DNA of 32,000 bases from Bacillus subtilis subsp. subtilis str. 168. GTDB taxonomy: Bacteria; Bacillota; Bacilli; Bacillales; Bacillaceae. Below, piece by piece: positions 28,762 through 32,000 of this stretch (position 1 is its first letter; each line of letters starts with the position of its first letter). Position numbers and translations under genes: made by a program. The stretch spans positions 3,300,001-3,332,000 of the forward strand of contig NC_000964.3 in assembly GCF_000009045.1 (NCBI RefSeq), read 5' to 3'. The notes under the pieces are model-generated. The model was not told where the DNA came from. It did not search any database and worked only from the letters and a program-made list of their open reading frames with translations.

Positions 28762-30357
28762 ATGAATATTCTTGATGTGATGAAAATACCGGCTTTTGAA
28801 AACGCCAATTTAATCGCTGGAAAAGCAGGAGGGGAAAGAGAGGTTCAGCATGTCAATATGATGGACGCTCCGGATATCGTAGACTTTTTGCATAAGAATG
28901 AATTGCTCGTCACCACCGCCTATCACCTGAAGGATCACCCGCATCAATTATCTGAACTGATTCGGCAAATGGCAAAACGCGGCTGCGCGGGCCTCGGCAT
29001 TAAAACAAAGCGCTATCTGGAAGATATCCCGAAGGAAATCATCGAACTGGCCGATTCATATGCGTTTCCGATCATTGAGCTTCCGGAACACATCCGACTC
29101 GGCGATATTGTGAATGCCACACTCAGCCATATTCTCGATATGCGTTCTAACGAGCTGCAGCAAGCCATTTACGCGCACAAAAAATTCACAAACCACATTA
29201 TGAGCGGCAAGGGGCTGCAATCCCTCCTCAAAAAGGTGTCAGACATCCTTCAGCTTCCCGTGCTGCTGCTTGACCAGCATGCCAAAATGCTGTCTGCGTC
29301 TCATCAGATTTCAGTTGAGACCGAAAAGCTGAAAGGCACCCTGAATACCGTATCCGGGCCATTTTTCACTTGTTTCTCTACAATCTCAGATCAGAAAACA
29401 TATTCTGTCCTGCCTATTTATAATCACGAAAAAAACTGCGGCTACCTGCTGATACCCGACATGGTGCAGGCAGGCGACAAAGGATTGATCCTCACGATTG
29501 AACAAGCGGCCAACGTCATTTCCTTTGAACTGCTGAAGGAAAATGCGCTGAAGCAGTTCAGCCGGCGGGCCCGCAATGAGTTTTTCAACAATTTTATTGA
29601 GCGGACCTTTTCTTCAGATGACGAAATCAAAAACCGGGCGAAAGAATTCAAGCTGCGCTGGGATCAAAAATACATGTGCATCGCCGGCAAACTCGATCGC
29701 AATGACGAATCAATCAGCTTTACAGAAAATCAGCTCGCTTCCGACAGCGTATTCGAATTTCTTGAAGGTGAATTATCAGCCTTCCCGTTTCCACCTCACT
29801 TCTTTATGAAAGGAAATGTCGGCATTATTCTAATCGAGGCGACAGACAGCTGGAGTGAAATGCACGCCTCGGTGATCAGCTTTTTAGAACAGTTTCAAAC
29901 ACAGGTCAGCGCTCAATTTAAACGAACCGTGTCCTTTGGCATCAGCAATATCTGCCAAAAGCTCATTGATGTTCCCGACGCTTTCACAGAAGCTTCTGAT
30001 GCTCTGCAATCGGGGCATTTGTCAAGAAGCACCGCATTTATCCAGGTGTATCACGCCAAAGATGTGCCTGAGCTTCTGCGCTTGCTCCCAGTTGAGGATT
30101 TGAAGAAATTTTACAACTCCACGCTTCAGAGCCTCGCTGAAAAACAGCAGGAGGATCAAAGCCTGCTTCATACGCTTTCCGTCTATTTAGAGACACACTG
30201 CCAAATTTCAGAGACGGCAAAGCGTCTGTACGTTCATCGCAATACGGTCATATACCGCCTTGAAAAATGCGAAGAGCTTCTGGGGAAAAGCTTAAAAGAT
30301 CCTGAAACAACGATGCGTTTGCGGCTTGCATTACGTATGCAGCGGCTGATCAGCTAA
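28762..30357 (+). CDS. pucR: Purine catabolism transcriptional regulator PucR (531 aa)
   Basis: C-terminal PucR-type HTH (ETAKRLYVHRNTVIYRLEKCEELLG) is present. ATG at 28762 lies 8 nt after AAAGGAG. The track's 47-codon extension spans the regulatory region. Confidence 0.94.
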   Translation: MNILDVMKIPAFENANLIAGKAGGEREVQHVNMMDAPDIVDFLHKNELLVTTAYHLKDHPHQLSELIRQMAKRGCAGLGIKTKRYLEDIPKEIIELADSYAFPIIELPEHIRLGDIVNATLSHILDMRSNELQQAIYAHKKFTNHIMSGKGLQSLLKKVSDILQLPVLLLDQHAKMLSASHQISVETEKLKGTLNTVSGPFFTCFSTISDQKTYSVLPIYNHEKNCGYLLIPDMVQAGDKGLILTIEQAANVISFELLKENALKQFSRRARNEFFNNFIERTFSSDDEIKNRAKEFKLRWDQKYMCIAGKLDRNDESISFTENQLASDSVFEFLEGELSAFPFPPHFFMKGNVGIILIEATDSWSEMHASVISFLEQFQTQVSAQFKRTVSFGISNICQKLIDVPDAFTEASDALQSGHLSRSTAFIQVYHAKDVPELLRLLPVEDLKKFYNSTLQSLAEKQQEDQSLLHTLSVYLETHCQISETAKRLYVHRNTVIYRLEKCEELLGKSLKDPETTMRLRLALRMQRLIS

Positions 30358-30361
30358 AGTT

Positions 30362-30378
30362 TGTTACATTTTCTTACA
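30362..30378. promoter_or_regulatory. Perfect TnrA/GlnR box TGTTACATTTTCTTACA upstream of pucJ
   Basis: It matches TGTNA-N7-TNACA at all defined positions. It starts 4 nt after the pucR stop and lies about 125 nt upstream of the pucJ start. Confidence 0.65.
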
Positions 30379-30501
30379 AAACGAATCGTTTTTCGTCACT
30401 TTCAGCAATCACACCTGTCTTTTTCAGCTACTGTATCCAATGACACCCCTCGACCGGAACGATATTATGTTACTAAAGTTCACATACAGGGAGGGACTAT
30501 A

Positions 30502-31851
30502 GTGAAAAAAAGATCGTTTAAGGTGTTTACACTTAGCCTGCAGCATGTGCTCGCCATGTATGCAGGTGCGATTTTGGTGCCCCTGCTTGTCGGCAGGGCG
30601 CTGAATGTAACAACTGAACAGCTGTCCTACCTATTGGCGATTGACCTGTTAACATGCGGCGTCGCTACGCTTTTGCAAACCTTGCGCGGAACATACATCG
30701 GCATCGGGCTTCCCGTCATGCTTGGCAGTTCATTTGTGGCCGTCACCCCAATGATTGCAATCGGCAGCAATTACGGCATTCACGCGATTTATGGTTCCAT
30801 CATTGCGGCCGGTGTGTTCATCTTTTTGTTTGCGCGTTTTTTCGGCAAGCTGACTGTGTTATTTCCTCCTGTCGTAACAGGTACCGTTGTGACCTTGATC
30901 GGCCTTTCACTTGTTCCGACAGGTGTGAAAAATATGGCTGGCGGCGAAAAAATAAACGGCAGCGCCAACCCCGAATACGGTTCGCTCGAAAACCTTCTTC
31001 TCTCTGTCGGTGTCCTTGTTCTGATCTTAGTCCTCAACCGCTTTCTCAAAGGATTTGCCCGAACACTGTCCGTTCTGATCGGCATCGCCGCCGGAACAGC
31101 GGCAGCAGCGATCATGGGCAAAGTCAGCTTTTCTTCTGTTACAGAAGCACCGTTCTTCCAAATCCCGAAGCCTTTTTACTTCGGAGCCCCTGCGTTTGAA
31201 ATCGGTCCGATCTTAACGATGCTGATCGTCGGAATCGTCATTATTGTGGAATCAACCGGCGTTTTTTACGCAATCGGAAAGATATGCGGCAGACCTTTAA
31301 CTGACAAAGATCTCGTCAAAGGCTATCGAGCGGAAGGAATCGCCATTCTCATCGGCGGGCTGTTCAATGCCTTTCCTTATAATACCTTTGCGCAAAACGC
31401 CGGCTTATTGCAGCTGACCAAAGTGAAAACAAGAAACATCGTCGTTACCGCAGGCTGTATCCTTGTCTGTCTCGGACTGATTCCGAAGATTGCCGCCCTT
31501 GCATCTGCCGTTCCTGCTGCTGTACTTGGCGGCGCGACCGTCGTCATGTTCGGCATGGTGATTGCCTCCGGCGTCAAAATGCTCAGCACAGCGGATCTCA
31601 AAAATCAATACCACCTCCTGACCATCGCATGCTCAATCGCACTCGGCATCGGCGCCAGCACGGCCCCCGGGATTTTTGCTGAATTCCCCGCTCCGATCCG
31701 GATTCTGGTCAGTGACGGCACCATCACCGGAAGCCTAACCGCCATCTTTTTGAATCTATTTTTCAGCTTGCGCGACAAAAAAGAATTAACAGCACAGCAA
31801 ACAGAACTTCCGGTATTAGAACATACACTCGCATTAGAAAAAGAGGTGTAA
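30502..31851 (+). CDS. pucJ: Uric acid permease, NCS2 family (449 aa)
   Basis: NCS2 N-terminal motif LQHVLAMYAGAILVPLLVG is present. The GTG start at 30502 follows CAGGGAGGGA. The track's 47-codon extension covers the TnrA box. Confidence 0.93.
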   Translation: MKKRSFKVFTLSLQHVLAMYAGAILVPLLVGRALNVTTEQLSYLLAIDLLTCGVATLLQTLRGTYIGIGLPVMLGSSFVAVTPMIAIGSNYGIHAIYGSIIAAGVFIFLFARFFGKLTVLFPPVVTGTVVTLIGLSLVPTGVKNMAGGEKINGSANPEYGSLENLLLSVGVLVLILVLNRFLKGFARTLSVLIGIAAGTAAAAIMGKVSFSSVTEAPFFQIPKPFYFGAPAFEIGPILTMLIVGIVIIVESTGVFYAIGKICGRPLTDKDLVKGYRAEGIAILIGGLFNAFPYNTFAQNAGLLQLTKVKTRNIVVTAGCILVCLGLIPKIAALASAVPAAVLGGATVVMFGMVIASGVKMLSTADLKNQYHLLTIACSIALGIGASTAPGIFAEFPAPIRILVSDGTITGSLTAIFLNLFFSLRDKKELTAQQTELPVLEHTLALEKEV

Positions 31852-31856
31852 AAAAG

Positions 31857-32000
31857 ATGAAGGAACAGCACAATGCCTTACAGCTAATGATGCTGGGGCT
31901 TCAGCACATGCTTGCCATGTATGCGGGAGCCATTCTCGTTCCGTTGATCGTCGGAGCAGCGATCGGGCTGAATGCGGGGCAGCTGACGTATTTAATCGCG
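31857..32000 (+). CDS. pucK: Uric acid permease paralogue, 5' fragment (first 48 codons; continues beyond the window)
   Basis: Hand-translated as MKEQHNALQLMMLGLQHMLAMYAGAILVPLIVGAAIGLNAGQLTYLIA. ATG at 31857 lies 8 nt after AAGAGGTG and 5 nt after the pucJ stop. It is not in the ORF track because it runs off the window. Confidence 0.88.
   Translation, partial: MKEQHNALQLMMLGLQHMLAMYAGAILVPLIVGAAIGLNAGQLTYLIA

Overview
By gene order and protein sequence (from memory, no database run), this window is a core chromosomal segment of Bacillus subtilis, 168-like. It runs yumB, yumC, yuzG, guaC, paiB-paiA, yutM(sufA), dapF, yutK, yuzB, yutJ, yuzD, yutI, yuxL, thrB-thrC-hom, yutH, yutG, yutF-yutE-yutD, yutC, lipA, lytH(yunA), yunB, yunC-yunD-yunE-yunF-yunG, pucH, pucR, pucJ and the 5' end of pucK. 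I call 36 coding regions. Two of them (yuzG, pucK 5' end) are absent from the ORF track, and one is a very speculative 19-codon ORF. CDS coordinates include the stop codon. About 20 track ORFs over-extend at the 5' end, and I trimmed them to the start codon with a properly spaced Shine-Dalgarno. I see no rRNA, tRNA, CRISPR array, transposase, integrase, prophage or recognisable defence genes. Non-coding content is ordinary for this organism. It comprises hairpin plus U-run terminators (many bidirectional between convergent genes), several sigma-A type promoters and one sigma-E type promoter. It also includes two perfect TnrA boxes, one perfect PucR box and a PurBox-like pair. I found no convincing evidence for a wholly new system. 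The best candidates for undescribed biology are the compact yunG-F-E-D-C block of unknown function beside the purine-catabolism regulon and the yutD-yutE-yutF trio, whose HEPN/DUF86-like member lacks the catalytic His. Others are the dense cluster of flavin oxidoreductase paralogues with small Cys-motif proteins and the low-GC paiAB islet with an unusual upstream inverted repeat. All regulatory calls are by-eye motif matches and need experimental or computational confirmation.
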